Shown here piece by piece: positions 40,330 to 53,100 of a stretch of DNA of 64,000 bases. The DNA comes from Lineus longissimus. Taxonomy: Eukaryota. The translations under genes were made by a program, and so were the position numbers. The notes under the pieces were generated by a model. The model searched no databases. It was not told the origin of the DNA and saw nothing but the letters and a program-made list of their open reading frames with translations. Each line of letters begins with the position of its first letter. The stretch's first letter is position 1. The stretch is from assembly GCF_910592395.1 (NCBI RefSeq), contig NC_088308.1, positions 124,001-188,000 on the forward strand, read 5' to 3'.

Positions 40330-43300
40330 TCATCCCAGTACGAACTGACTTGATTCGTCACCTCGAGCAGCCGATAACACACGGTTGCCAGATATTCGTC
40401 GGTTCTCTTCAGACCAGGCAGGACTTCTAAGCTCTCCTGAAAAGACAGATGTCAAAGAAGGTGAAAAACAAATGAAACAAAACACATAATGACATGTTGT
40501 GATATCGTAATATTGACTTTGGGACAATATAGTATGACCATAGTAACCATGGCACAAAAACCTCATTCTCATATGAAAAGGTGATATATTCATGAGATAC
40601 AATGCGTAGCCTGGCAATATCCTTTATTTCCATCAACCCGATTCAGGCAAGAAATCAGGGACATTTACAAGCCATTCTGGATCAATCACCACTGAAATAT
40701 GCACACAAAAACTACTTGACATTTTATTGATCCATAAATAATGAAAATATTTCCATTTTGTCTTTTAGACCACTTAGGTTATTCTCTTTCCTACTTATAG
40801 TTGTTCATGTATTGATATCAAATGTCACCCATCAGCGACGTCACGGCATATTTTAAAGTAGAAATAATATCAGAAAATATTGACATTAGTGGTTGAAAAA
40901 GAAAGTCATGTTGGTCTTAGCTAGACCTAATGTGTTTGGCTCAGGGCATGTTACTGGCTCAGGGCATGTTACTGGCTCAGGGCATGTTACTGGCTCAGGG
41001 CATGTTACTGGCTCAGGGCATGTTACTGGCTCAGGGCATGTTACTGGCTCAGGGCATGTTACTGGCTCAGGGCATGTTACTGCAAGTTGTGCTGGGCTCA
41101 GCTACTTGTAGGCATTTAATTTTATTGTAGGAAAGGAAAAAAGACCTTGGCAGTTTATTTGCAAAAGGGAAAGAACACATAGATACCTGTAAGCACATGG
41201 AAGTGTTGCCTGACAGGCCTTTCTCGCGGCACCCCAGGCCCAAGCATCCGGCCTAATGTGCTGTGTATCCTATCATACTGTGACCAGTAGTTGGGTTTGA
41301 AGTCTGGGTACTTGTGGACGCGTCGCATTCCCCCTCCGTCGTTCATATTGACACAGTTCTCCACAGAAACTAGATGGAGACGATTAGCCTGGAATGACAA
41401 AATGATAACCAAAATATGAATCGTATTCCAGTCGAAAAGTCATAACGACACTAGTCGACAGTTCAGTATCGATGTTATTCTAATCAACTCGTATTCTTAC
41501 TTTCACTTACAAAGAACACAGTTCACTTCATCATTCTTTGAAACAATGACACTGATCTCTGCATCACAGAGGTGGTGGGCCGTCCCCTTGGTAGAACTTT
41601 GGCTCATGCGATTGGCATCTGATGTCACATGCTGTCAACATCATCAATACCACTAAGACATCTTAATCACTCCCTCCTCACATGACACCATGTCACGGTC
41701 TGTCTCTGCCGCATCGACCCATGAATGACGTTGATATTGGGTAATGTTGGCGACATAAAACCACAACTTTATACATGACATTTTCACTCGACAATCGTCA
41801 CATGACACTTACAGGTATAACATCCTTTTCATGATACGTCCTCTTATAGTGCGTGTCAAATGCCATGCTGTGGTTAGGTCGCGAACCGATGTGGTGAAAA
41901 TTGAATTGAGATTCATGAAGACTAGGGAATGGTAATGGGCGACAGCCGGGGGCTAAATGCTTGCTGCCACCAAATGACTGGAAGAAGAAGTGAAAAGAGA
42001 ATTGATGAGCATCTATTTGAACTTGAAAATACATTCAAAATCAATGATAACATTTGCTCAAGGAACTGACCAAATCAAACAATTGATCATGTCAGCCTTT
42101 GATCATGCTGATAACCTGGTCCCAAATCAAGCAAGATTGCAAAAGGTTTTGTTTTCTCTCGCACTTTTCTCCTTTATAAAGTCTCTGATTGATTGACTTG
42201 GGGGGGGGGGTTGCTGCTAAAGGGGACAGATATCATCATCCAAACTCATAAGTCATGTTCCAATCCATAATATTTCAATCATTTGATCAATATTCAGTAA
42301 ATTCACAGGGCAAAGTGTGTCCCACGCCAATTCCACCAGAACAGAATGATCATTGTAACACTTCAAGAAAGAGAGAAGTGCTTGACCAACCTTGCATGAA
42401 CCAAAATACTCGCTCTACCCCATTACAATGCATTAGTGAGAGATATGCACCCTAATTCAAACAAGGCCACAGAGCAAGGGCATAACAAACCCCAAACCCA
42501 GTAGTTGAGTTCAGAAGCCTTGTGTTTATCTGCTCTGGTGTGTTATTGGAATCTTCCATCCAAAATGGTTTTTTAGGACACAGTCAGTGAGTCACGACCA
42601 GAATGCAGGAATAAGTTCACTATTAAAATGGCAGTCAATCCTATAAATGGCCATGATCCTGCTTGTGTCTTTACACCCCTAAGTAAAGCCTCATCCAATG
42701 CATGCAATTTTACATTACAAACAATGCATAAAGCCCAGGCTTATGCATGACAGACAATGAAATATAAGCCTAATCACGGTTAATGGAGTCACTGTTGTGT
42801 GACCGTCAGACTGATTATCCCTATTGAAGAATGTCTCATTTCTTCACTCTGGTTCATTTCTGGTATAAAAATACAATTTGATGGTTTCATTGCAGTTGAA
42901 AGCCTATCAACCAATCCACCAGACATATGTCCAGTCGTTACACGCAGAAAACAAACCTCAGGGGACGATTGCTAATTCATATGGGGCATGGGCCGACTAC
43001 CATGGCAAAGAACCCAACAAAACTACAGGACACAAATTTCTGGTTTGGCAAACCACATGGACAGAAGGGGGCCAAAAATCAGAAGATTTAATGACTTAAG
43101 TCAACGATTCCTGTGGATAGACCCAAACCAAATCAACACCATTCTACAATGAACTGTTCACCAGTAGTCCATTAATACCAAAGAAAAAATATATTGTGTA
43201 CTTGGAAAATAAGCAGTTGTTTGTAAGGTTTGCTAAGAACATACTGACGTGCTTGTTCACAAAGCCTAATTTGTGCCACATGGATGGAATTGTTCACCTT

Positions 43301-44162
43301 TGTATATAATAATGTTCTTCCAGTGGTGGTCAAAGTGCTTGATAATTCTTGTTGCATCAAGTAATATGCCCATTTCACCAATTTCAAATACATGTATGAT
43401 TTTTCAAACAGATGGTGCTAGAAGAATGGGTAACATCAATCAAATACAAATAAAAATATAATGAGCAAAGATGGAATTATCAATTAATAATCTTCAGTCT
43501 ACGCCTGCTGTGCATTTAAAAAATTAATCAACTTAAATCTCGCACACCGATTTCACTCTTCTGCAGTCTCTTCTTCTTGTTCCAAGTGCAGTAGGCCCAC
43601 CTCTGTTGAGTATCAATCGTCACTCACACTTACAGTACACAGACTCGTGTGCTGTCACTGTTGATCATTCCAAGTACAGGGCAGTACCTCTGTTGAGTAT
43701 CAATCGTCACACTGACACTGGTGCTGTCACTCATTGTCAAAAAAGACAAAAATATTGTTGGCCTTCCATGGCATAGGCCTACCAACCATCTGGAGACATA
43801 CATTATATACAATGAACTACTGAAAAAAAGTAAATGGAAAGCCAATGGTGAAATATATTTATACGGCCATAGGCTGGACTACTCACCAATTTTGAAGAAG
43901 TGATGAATTCTGGCTGGGAGGGGTTCTTTTCCAAAGTGAATGTAGTTCTGTGCATGGGCCTGCTGCCCTTCTTGAGACTGAGAGGGGCAGCAGCCGCATT
44001 CTTGTTGACATGGTAACCGACATCAGAAATGACAGGGTAGTGATCTCCAATGTTAGTCAAAATTGCCAAAGTGCTGTGGCCCTGCTGATGAGAAAATGTT
44101 TTTGGTCGGGCCATTTCAGCGGCGGGCAGCTCGTAAGTAACGGTTGATTGTGTGGCCAGCAT
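40330..44162 (-). CDS. Uncharacterised ~249-aa protein, 4 exons, possible ciliary/flagellar microtubule inner protein
   Basis: complement(join(40330..40436,41187..41388,41813..41977,43887..44162)) = 750 nt. All introns GT-AG with matching phases 0,0,1 and pyrimidine-rich acceptors. AATAAA on - at 40187-40192. No globular domain recognised. Confidence 0.75.
40937..41082. repeat. Minisatellite, 18-bp unit, 8 copies
   Basis: tggctcagggcatgttac, in the last intron of the unnamed minus-strand gene. Confidence 0.95.
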
Positions 44163-47100
44163 GTCGAACACGATATCAAGTCGCCATATTTCCCGCGTCA
44201 ATAACTTTAAAAGCGACAATGAATGAATAAATCGTCACTCTTCTTTCAAGTCATACAGGCTTGTTGGCTCATCATATCAATTGGTCCCCCAATTCTGTAG
44301 TACGGCCTCGTTTTTTGGATTTGTCGTATATACGTCACTCGGGGGGCTGAAGTCTATTAATAGTTGGGGATGACCATGACGTACATTAGCTATAATGCGT
44401 GGCACTGGTGTAAAGTGAAAGATAGTCTCTCCAATCATAGAGTCCTTCACAAATATCTTTGATTGTTTATTGCTTCTCAGGGCCTGTAGCATCTTGGCCA
44501 CCAAGGTTTTTGCATCTTATATCAAGATTTAAACCTCGGGCTGGGTTTAAAGGGAGTACCTATAAGGCCATAGGTTCAGGATGGCTGCAACTACTGCGTT
44601 AGAAGTAAGGCCATGGGAATGATTAATCCGGTTCACCGTCAACCTCTCGCATGGGTTCAGAGAATGCTTCAAATTTTTCCATTATTTTTGAAAAAAATTA
44701 GGTCTATTCATTTTATTATTTGTTGCCATTGTTCTTTTTATTCAAACAATTTTTCTAGTGGTTCACCTTTACCTAAACTGATTGAAACCGATGAGCAATT
44801 AAAACGACAGTGGGCCGATATCGGCTGCCAGCCTCGGCCCGATGTCTTGGCCAACAGTGGACCGATATTGGCCCGACACGTTCTTGCTGCCTGGGATTTT
44901 ACAGGACAGGAAAGAGGCGAATAGGCACATTATCCTCCTGGTCGATGGTCACATAAATCCCACACCCAAGTTCTCCTCCAAATCGCAGTGAGCTATATCA
45001 ATACAATAAACGAAGTATGCAGACTTGACTCCAAGATAATCGCGAGTTTCAGAAAAAATAAGATAAAAATTTAAAATAAAAATGATGGCATTGATTCTGT
45101 GATAATCCTTTCAACTGGGTGTGATTCCATTTTTGAAACTTACAACGGATCCCAACAAATTTACGGTAGGCCCCACTGCCGTACACGTGTCAGAACTTTA
45201 GTAAATTTCGTAAATTCCCGCAAGAAGATTGAGAAGGTCACCTGACATAGGGAATTCTTCAGTCCGTCAACGCATGCGCCATGAACACCACCACTTACCA
45301 CAGAATTTGGGGACCAACAAAGATCAGCCAACAAGCTTCATCATGAACAACAACAACCCAACAACACCCAAGCTATCAAATGATTTTGTATCCAAACGCC
45401 GAGAAGTTGGTGAAGATAGTGCGCTAAAAAACTGCTCAATCTTGTAAATATGCCCAGTAAAACATATCAAATAAGTTATTTGTTGGGAATTTGGAATGTA
45501 AATGCATACATTTTGGGAATATTTCACATCAAATTAGGCGTCACTTTAGAAATAGAAATGGTTCTACTTTCTGCGGTGAGATACCATGTTCCTAAGGCGA
45601 TTGGGGCGCCACCAATAATCTAATTACTGAACTGAAACGTTGACTGAATTCTCCCGCGAAAAACGTGAGGTTATTTTAACCCTCAGTTTTTATATATTAC
45701 TAGCATTGTATCCGTGGCGCAGGCAGGTTCAAATGGGCTATACATTGAATAGATTGAATTGCAATGAAAATATAATGCAATATCAAAGGAGCAATATCGA
45801 AGAGACAAATTAAACCAACCATTTGTCCACAGACTCGGACCCTGTGGCGTGCTGTATGCGTGCATATAAAAGTAAATCAATTGGTCCGAATGAGATGATG
45901 AGGCAATGTGAATATACCTCGTTCCTTAGTCAGCAATATGCCCCTTTTTATACGGAGATGAAGGAGAACCCAGATAGGCCTTCACATGTCGGCCTCCAAA
46001 TGGCTCGGACCAATTGCACTATCACTACTAAAACTTTAAAATGCGTGCTCCTCCTACATGTAGCATGATCTCGGGCAAGGCACTTAGTCGACAGGCAAGC
46101 TAGAAGTTCAGCACCGTGAGCAACTCCTTGATAAGGCCATGCCAAGTTCAGAGTGCCTCTTCAGATACATCAAGTTTTGAAAGCTGTGGTGAGCACATAA
46201 ACATACCATTGTAACCTTAATTTGAAAATCCCTTCATAATCAAGGGCTAGCTCTGGCTAATACAGTACCAATATACGATAGACCATCAATTTGACCCCAG
46301 CTCCTTACTGCGGGAAAACCCAAGTCCAGCAACCAAAAGTATCAAAATACATTTTTGTTTACATTTGAACTGCACACATGCGTTTGTTTACAATTTCTTT
46401 CCCGCGAAATCTCGAAGATCAGGTGACCTACAATCGTGGATTGAAAATAACATTAACCTTGGTTCAGCAGGTCAACACGTGTACAGGCTGTTCCAATCAT
46501 CCCCCTACAGCCAGCCGTTCAACAAGTAGTGTTAGTCACCCCACAGGGAGTGCAGGTGATTCATTAATCCCCTGCATAACTGAATAGCAATGGCTTGGCT
46601 TCCGTGAGTGATAAGGAGAATTGACCGTGTCCGATTAAAAATCCCTCATTATTGCTCCGCTGAAGTAAATTTCCGAAAATAAACATGACGTTGCATCAGG
46701 ATAACATATCACCTGCAAACGTGCAAAATTTCGAGACGAAACACGACCCCCAAATGGCACTTTAGCGAGCCGCCTTATAGTATTATGATATAGATTTCTG
46801 AAGTGTGCTGTATGAGATTATCCCCCATCCGTACAGACGTACGTTCATAGCATACCCGTGCGCAATGACCCCTAGATCCTGCCACTGGCACTGATGTTAG
46901 CTTTTGGCTCCCCCATCCAATGGCTTCCATTTGATGTCCAATAGTGATGATATCCAGAGGGGAATAGCACACTGTCCGATGTTGGCATGAACTGTACTCG
47001 TGGGTGGGGTAGTGTACTGAGGAAATGTTCGAATTGGGCAAATATGATAAAGTGAAGACAGTGTACAATGGTTTGTCATTCCTGACTCCACTAAATCAAA

Positions 47101-47803
47101 TACTGCCATGGTCGGCTCATCCTGAGATCTCCTTTGTCATAAAGGCGGAGTGGAAAGCCACTGGTTCTGGTTATGCCAGGATGTGGGCAGCTGGGCCTTT
47201 TTTGATGGCAGGTGACAATGTCACATGAAACCACTCGGTTGTTCTTGGCCAGCAATCTAGGTCTGATTGAAGTTTTTCTTTTGTTTAATATTTCATATTT
47301 TGATTTGGTAATATTTTTAATAAAAAAGAGGACTGGAAACTTGATTTAGAATAATACAATCCTTTATTCATAACTTAAATGGGTTAGCAAATGGGCCAAA
47401 TGGCGGTCGGTCACTGGGCTGCACCATCCATCCCTCACCATTCATCATCCAGCAAGGCAATAACCGAGCATACATATATATACAGAGAGCATTATGTGAT
47501 CGGTTGTCAATACATATCAAACCCTCAACCATCTAAAGTTTGCATTCATCTGTTGGTCCTTGCGCAGAATTCATAAAAAAGTAGAAGTACATCACTTGTG
47601 GAAAGTGATAAAAGTCTGCGAGATCAATGCTCCTGGAGAGGGCGTCTTCAGAAATAACCACACATCGGCCAATAGATTGTGCTCTGGGCAATTCTCCAGC
47701 ATCATTCAAATTATTGCACTACAAGAGCATTGTTTCTCCCTCCCACTGAGATGAGTCTCAGTCCACTTGGTTCATAAACAACAGTCAGTCATTTGAAATT
47801 GTC

Positions 47804-49882
47804 CTAAGCTCTAATTGACATTGGCTTATCTGGAGTTTGAAAAAGTTTTCGACTGGCACAGTTTTTCTCGACCAATGGTTGTCGCAGCGTCCAAGGGATG
47901 GTTTTCTTGTCTGTGCTGGACGGTACTTGGTTTTGTTTTCCTCGAGGAGAAGCAACAACTGCAGGTGATTTGAAACAATCGCGACAAACTGCTAAATATT
48001 TATCTTCACCGCCAATGACTTCCACCTGAAATGACAACAGAAAACTTGAGAGAAATATCTAAATTTGCTCATTCAAGTGGCACTGAACATTAGTCGGCAC
48101 CAATTATCATCCTGATATTAGTTTACTTTATACAAAGTTTTGAATTTGGTTAGGATTCTGCTTCCTACTTGTCTGCTTGCCTTTGACAACCAAATTAGCA
48201 GACGTCAAACTGGGGCAACCTAAGGCAGTTGAACTGTCCAATTGTGAAGGTGCCGAGACATCTTGGAGCAGAGCCAGGTCACACGTACCTCTTCTTCCAC
48301 ACTTGTTCTCTTTGTAAATGACGCCTCCTTGAAACATATCATACACACGGCAGTCAGCTTCACAATGCTCTCTGCTAATGGTACCAGATTCAGGATTTGA
48401 CCAAATCCCTGGAATTGAGAGAGAAACAAGAGTATTACTTATTTACTATCAAACAACCATTCTGGTTTTGGTTGTGTGCAGGAGCTGGATCTTTCTTCAG
48501 CTGGTGTGAAGACAGATACAGTGAACAATGTTGACCAAAAAGTATTTCAGATCCAAGTCAAGATAACAGTGCAACGTCTGTAGTCATACTAACCTTTCTT
48601 TGGTATGTCCCATCTAAAGCAGCAACAATGACGATTTTCCCTCGGTCAGCCATTTTTTCACAGAACAAAACAATATCTGGGAACTGAAATGAAATGTTAT
48701 ATACAATTTCAAAAACATGCAAGATAGAATTCACATACCTTTTCCAAGCAAGTTAAAATGGGAATAAGATGAGGGCATTGAGTTTGAAATCTCAGGGCTC
48801 GATAATCACTGACCCAATGTCTTCATGCTCTTCTCCTTGGCATTGGTGCCCTTGAAATGTCTTCCTTCAAGTGTGCCTCTCAGTCTCCTCTATCATGTCA
48901 CACTGATTTGAAGAAAACTTCGTTATCATTTCAATCCTTTCAAATACATGTTACTTACAAACTGTCCTTCGTCAATGCCAATGACTTCCGCCTTTCTTGC
49001 CTCCTCCTTTATTTCAGACAGTTCATTAGCACCGACAGCTTTTAGCACTTGCCTGAAAATTAAAAAAATTACTGAATTAGACAATGATAAAACAGCGTTG
49101 CATTCCAAAGACATCACTGACTACTAAGTGCATTGACATCACTTCACCTTTCATTTGAACTTTAGGGGGTAGCTCAAACAGGGTTTGAACAGATGGCTTT
49201 CTTCTCTGAGTTGACTGCACCTCCCTCCTCCTGTCCTGATCATTTACTTACTTGTCATGAGTGGCAACTCCATCTTGATCGTAACGCGTGTCTTTAGCAT
49301 ATTTGATGACAAGGCACTCATATTTTGCGATCTGGTATCTCTTCATGCGTCGGATGAGTTCCGTCCTGAAATTACAAGTTGAAGAAGACCTTAGGGGTAA
49401 GAGCTAATACTAGACTTACACTGTTTCCTGCAAGTCCGTACCAGATTATTTCTTTAGATTCATAAGTAAGTAGTGATGCATAAGCCACAATGCCTTTCTT
49501 GCCATGAGTCATTGAGTGCCTCAAATTAAAGACAACTTCAAACTGAGATATCTGCTTGGATTATTACTTTCAATATTAGTTTGTCATTTTGGTTGGGGTA
49601 CGGTAGGCTACTTACGATTTCCCTGAGAACATGGGTCCGAAGATGATCTGAAGAAGAGAATTCTCTTACGTTTACATAACATAAACAATAAACATATAGG
49701 CCTACACTGAATGACTGAGTGAGGAATAGCCTAGGTCAATTTCCTGTAATTTTTAGAACTTTTTGCCTCAACAAATCCCTGTGAAAATATGAATCATCAA
49801 TCGATCGGTAATGCCAACTCACTTGAATTTGCCCTTTCTTTCCTGTAGGGATAATGTCGGGGGTTGATGCACAAGACATCAT
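47804..49882 (-). CDS. TK1: Cytosolic thymidine kinase, 7 exons, ~243 aa
   Basis: complement(join(47804..48025,48289..48408,48594..48683,48959..49052,49252..49365,49616..49647,49823..49882)). P-loop [10 protein letters not shown], Walker [14 protein letters not shown], zinc ligands CMIC and CRDC, IGGEDKY. Internal exons of 32/114/94/90/120 nt match the vertebrate TK1 layout as I recall it. Confidence 0.97.
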
Positions 49883-50149
49883 TTTCTATTGTTTTTGTTG
49901 ATAAAAAAAAAGGCGGAAAAATCGGGAGGAAACAATCCTTCTCGGCGACTGTTGGACGCGATCTGATTCAAGTTTGGCGGTGGTACTGGCGGGATAAATC
50001 ACAAAATCCGCGTCTTTACGCTTCGACCCAGGACAAGTATTTTAGTACATTTTTGTGTACCTGAAGATATGAATTGGATTACTGGATCGAGGCTCAAATC
50101 CCAGCTTTTTGATTGGTGAGTCAAGAAACTGTATTCCTTGACAACAAAC
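49883..50149. promoter_or_regulatory. Bidirectional promoter between TK1 and CCDC96 (267 bp between start codons)
   Basis: Head-to-head ATGs at 49882 (-) and 50150 (+). E2F-like TTTGGCGG 49973-49980 and GGCGGGA 49988-49994, inverted CCAAT boxes (ATTGG) at 50073 and 50112, degenerate RFX X-box-like TATTCCTTGACAAC 50132-50145. Confidence 0.7.
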
Positions 50150-53100
50150 ATGGCGGACAGTGAGGTAAAACTTTTCGCTTTTCTACAAAAAATACGCTAA
50201 AATTTGCAGAAAACGATCAAATTAGGTTGAAATGAAACGTCAGAATGTACTAGTAGTAGTCTTTGATTCGATACCAAATGCAAATCCTGAACAAGTGTAC
50301 GTTGTTGGCGGTAGAATCGTGCAGAAAATGAGTTGTAGTCCATTCAATTGTGAAACTGTGTAAGAATGTATAGGCTAGCCTACTCTACTCAGTGTTTAGT
50401 GTAGGCCTGCATGCATATCTATGTCATGCCTGCGCGGATGTAGGCCTAGGCTAATGCATTTGGATGGTCTTCAATGACTATAGCCTTAGAATATCTGTCT
50501 TGAATAGCTAAAAGTTAGCAGGATCTGAATGTATGGTCAGAGTTTTTTCTTGATGGAGGACACTCGTCACTGACACTCACTGACAGTGACACTTGTCACT
50601 AGTCACTATGACTATGAGTATGACTATGACTATGAGTATGAGTATGAATATCAGTCTTCTTTGACTGTTTCGTTATGACTGCAGTGCAGCCGCAGGTGAT
50701 GAAAAATAGTTTAAGGCCCCATAAAAAAATTCTTAGTTTATCACCCTTTTTTTTCCAAAGAAAGTGATGAGGGAGGGCCTAAGTGTGATTATCTTGCCAT
50801 TAGATGCGAGATATGGGTGTTTATATCAAGTTTGTGTTCATCTTCTCAACTAGCAAGAATAAAGATTAAAGCTAAGATGACTAAAGACTAATCGAGTCTA
50901 CTTTTCTCTGACAGGAAACCCAGCAGGAAACAATAGAAGCGGTGGCTGAAGAGGCCCCCGCTGCAGCTGAGTCGGGGGATGCTGAAGCTGAGCAGCAAGA
51001 GGAGGCTGCTGTAGCTGGGAATGGAACAGAAGAAGCTGGTGCAGATGCTGCAAGTAGCCCACCACAAACAGGTAAGCAGTTAGAACTAGGGTTTTCAGAA
51101 CTGGCACAGTGGCAAATACTGAAATTTAGTAAAGAAAGGTGGGGCACATTCATACCCAGAGAGGACTGAAGGTGCGATCGTGGAAACAAGGCAGGGCTTT
51201 TCTTTGCATCTTGGTGAGATGTGCCCTTGATGTTGATCGCCATGAAAAAGGGGGTGCACCTCTTGCACCAACCCCCCCTAAATCTGCCACTGCCACTGAA
51301 TGTAGCACCAACTCCAAAATGGAAATGATGATTATGGATTTCAGATTCAGATTTCAGATTTGGTCTAGACTGTTGTGAACTTTCAGTCTTTGAGATTCAG
51401 CAGTGTTGGTTTCCTTCAACCTTTGTTTTCTTTCTAATCCGAATCTTTGTTCTTGAAAGGTGAAGCACCTGCAGTCAATGATGAAGCGGTAGAGGAGGCT
51501 CCCACTGAACAGCCAGCTGATGGTGATCAGCCAGAAGGAGAACAAGCTGCACCTGAGGGGGAGGCTGCTGAAGGGGAAGAACAAGCAACTGCTGAAGGTG
51601 AAGAGCCTGCTGATGGCGGGCCTCCTGAAGGGGAGGAACCTGCAGAAGGCTGGGCTCCTGAGGGGGAGGAGCCTACTGAACAAGGGCCTCCTGAAGGGGA
51701 GGAACTTGCTGAAGGCGAGCGTCCTGAAGGAGAGGAGCCTACTGAAGATAGGGCTCCTGAAGGGGAGGAGCATGAGGGTGATGAAGGGGAGAAACTGGCT
51801 GAGGATGGAGAAGAGAAAGAGGGTTTGTACCCTGCACTCTTCGCTGTAGCATTGGGTTTCCCCTAGATGTTAGGTTCTAGATATGCTAACATAGGTGTAT
51901 TCTGCTATGTTGTCCATTGACAATGCTTAGAAGTAGCTTGTAGTTCACACTTTGTCTTTTATGCTTAGTACTCTTATTAATAGTCTGGGTGGTCATGTGC
52001 TTTTAGTAATACTGTTATAATGCAGCCACAGATTTCAGATGATTGACATGCTTTTGCTGTGAGTGGATGTAGTAGGCTTTCACTTGTAGGTTGCAGGTTG
52101 TAAATGTGTAATTAGGTACTTTTATTACTAATACAGTAGTAGTTATACAGACTGTAGATCCCTTTCAGAATAACAGAATGTATGCCTGCCATCTTTTCGA
52201 GGATGTGTAGAGACTTTACACCTAACTCAAGAAAAGGTTCTGAGGTTAATGCTTGGAACATCTTACTATCTGGCCATAAAGTAGCTTCAGTTTGTAGTTT
52301 TAGTTTTACCTTGCGTAAGGTCTGTCTATGCGAATATCAGTATCATGAAACCAGTAAGTTGCAGCAAAATGTCTGTGTCAACTTTGCTGCAAGCATAAAA
52401 ACGGCACTTGCTTGACTTTAGAATGATCTCAAAAGTAACAACTATTCTTGTAGGAGAAGGGGAAGGTGGAGAACCGAAACCTGAAGGCAAGGAAGGTGAA
52501 AAAACAGCCGCTGAGGCCGGTGCTGAAGGTGAGACGCCTGTTGAAGGTGTGGCCCCTGCTGAGGGCGAGGCCCTAGCTGAGGGCGAGGCCCCGGCTGAGG
52601 GTGAGGCACCAGCTGAGGGCGAGGTACCAGCCATAGGGGAAGGTCAAGCTGAAGACGAGGCCCCAACTGAACAAGAAGCACAAGCAGAAGGTGAAGCACC
52701 TGCAGAGGGTGAGGATGCTGAAGCCAAGCCAGGACGTGAAGGTGTTGCCGGCAATACCATTGCTGAGGAAGAGGAGCCTGAAGAGGGCGAGGCTCAATCA
52801 CCAGTACCTCAGGTATGTGGAGCCAAGTCTGGAGGCCACAAGAAGCAAATCGGTTTGCTGAAGAAAGGAATATTTTGATTAAAATCTTCGTTACAAAACT
52901 CTGGTGTGTATTTCAAGTTGGTTCTGTATGGCCATGCTGCTTTTACACTATGCCCTGTTATGTTGAATGATCAGTCAGTTGCCTGTGTTTTTGGACCAGA
53001 TCCTGACTTTCTGTTGATGTTTCAGAGTGACACATTTGCAGAGGGTGAAAAACCAGAGAGTCCCTTAGCTATAGGAGAGAAATTGTCACGCGAAGGAAGT

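Noticed and set aside
40893..41130. GSGHVT and LAQGML repeat peptides
   Set aside because: Translation of an intronic 18-bp minisatellite.
44808..44896. GC-rich patch with ggccgatatcggc repeats ending in gctgcctggg, possibly a MITE end
   Set aside because: No matching second end or target duplication found; too fragmentary to call.
51354..52801. Long antisense and alternate-frame ORFs over CCDC96 exons 3-4
   Set aside because: Shadows of low-complexity coding repeats.
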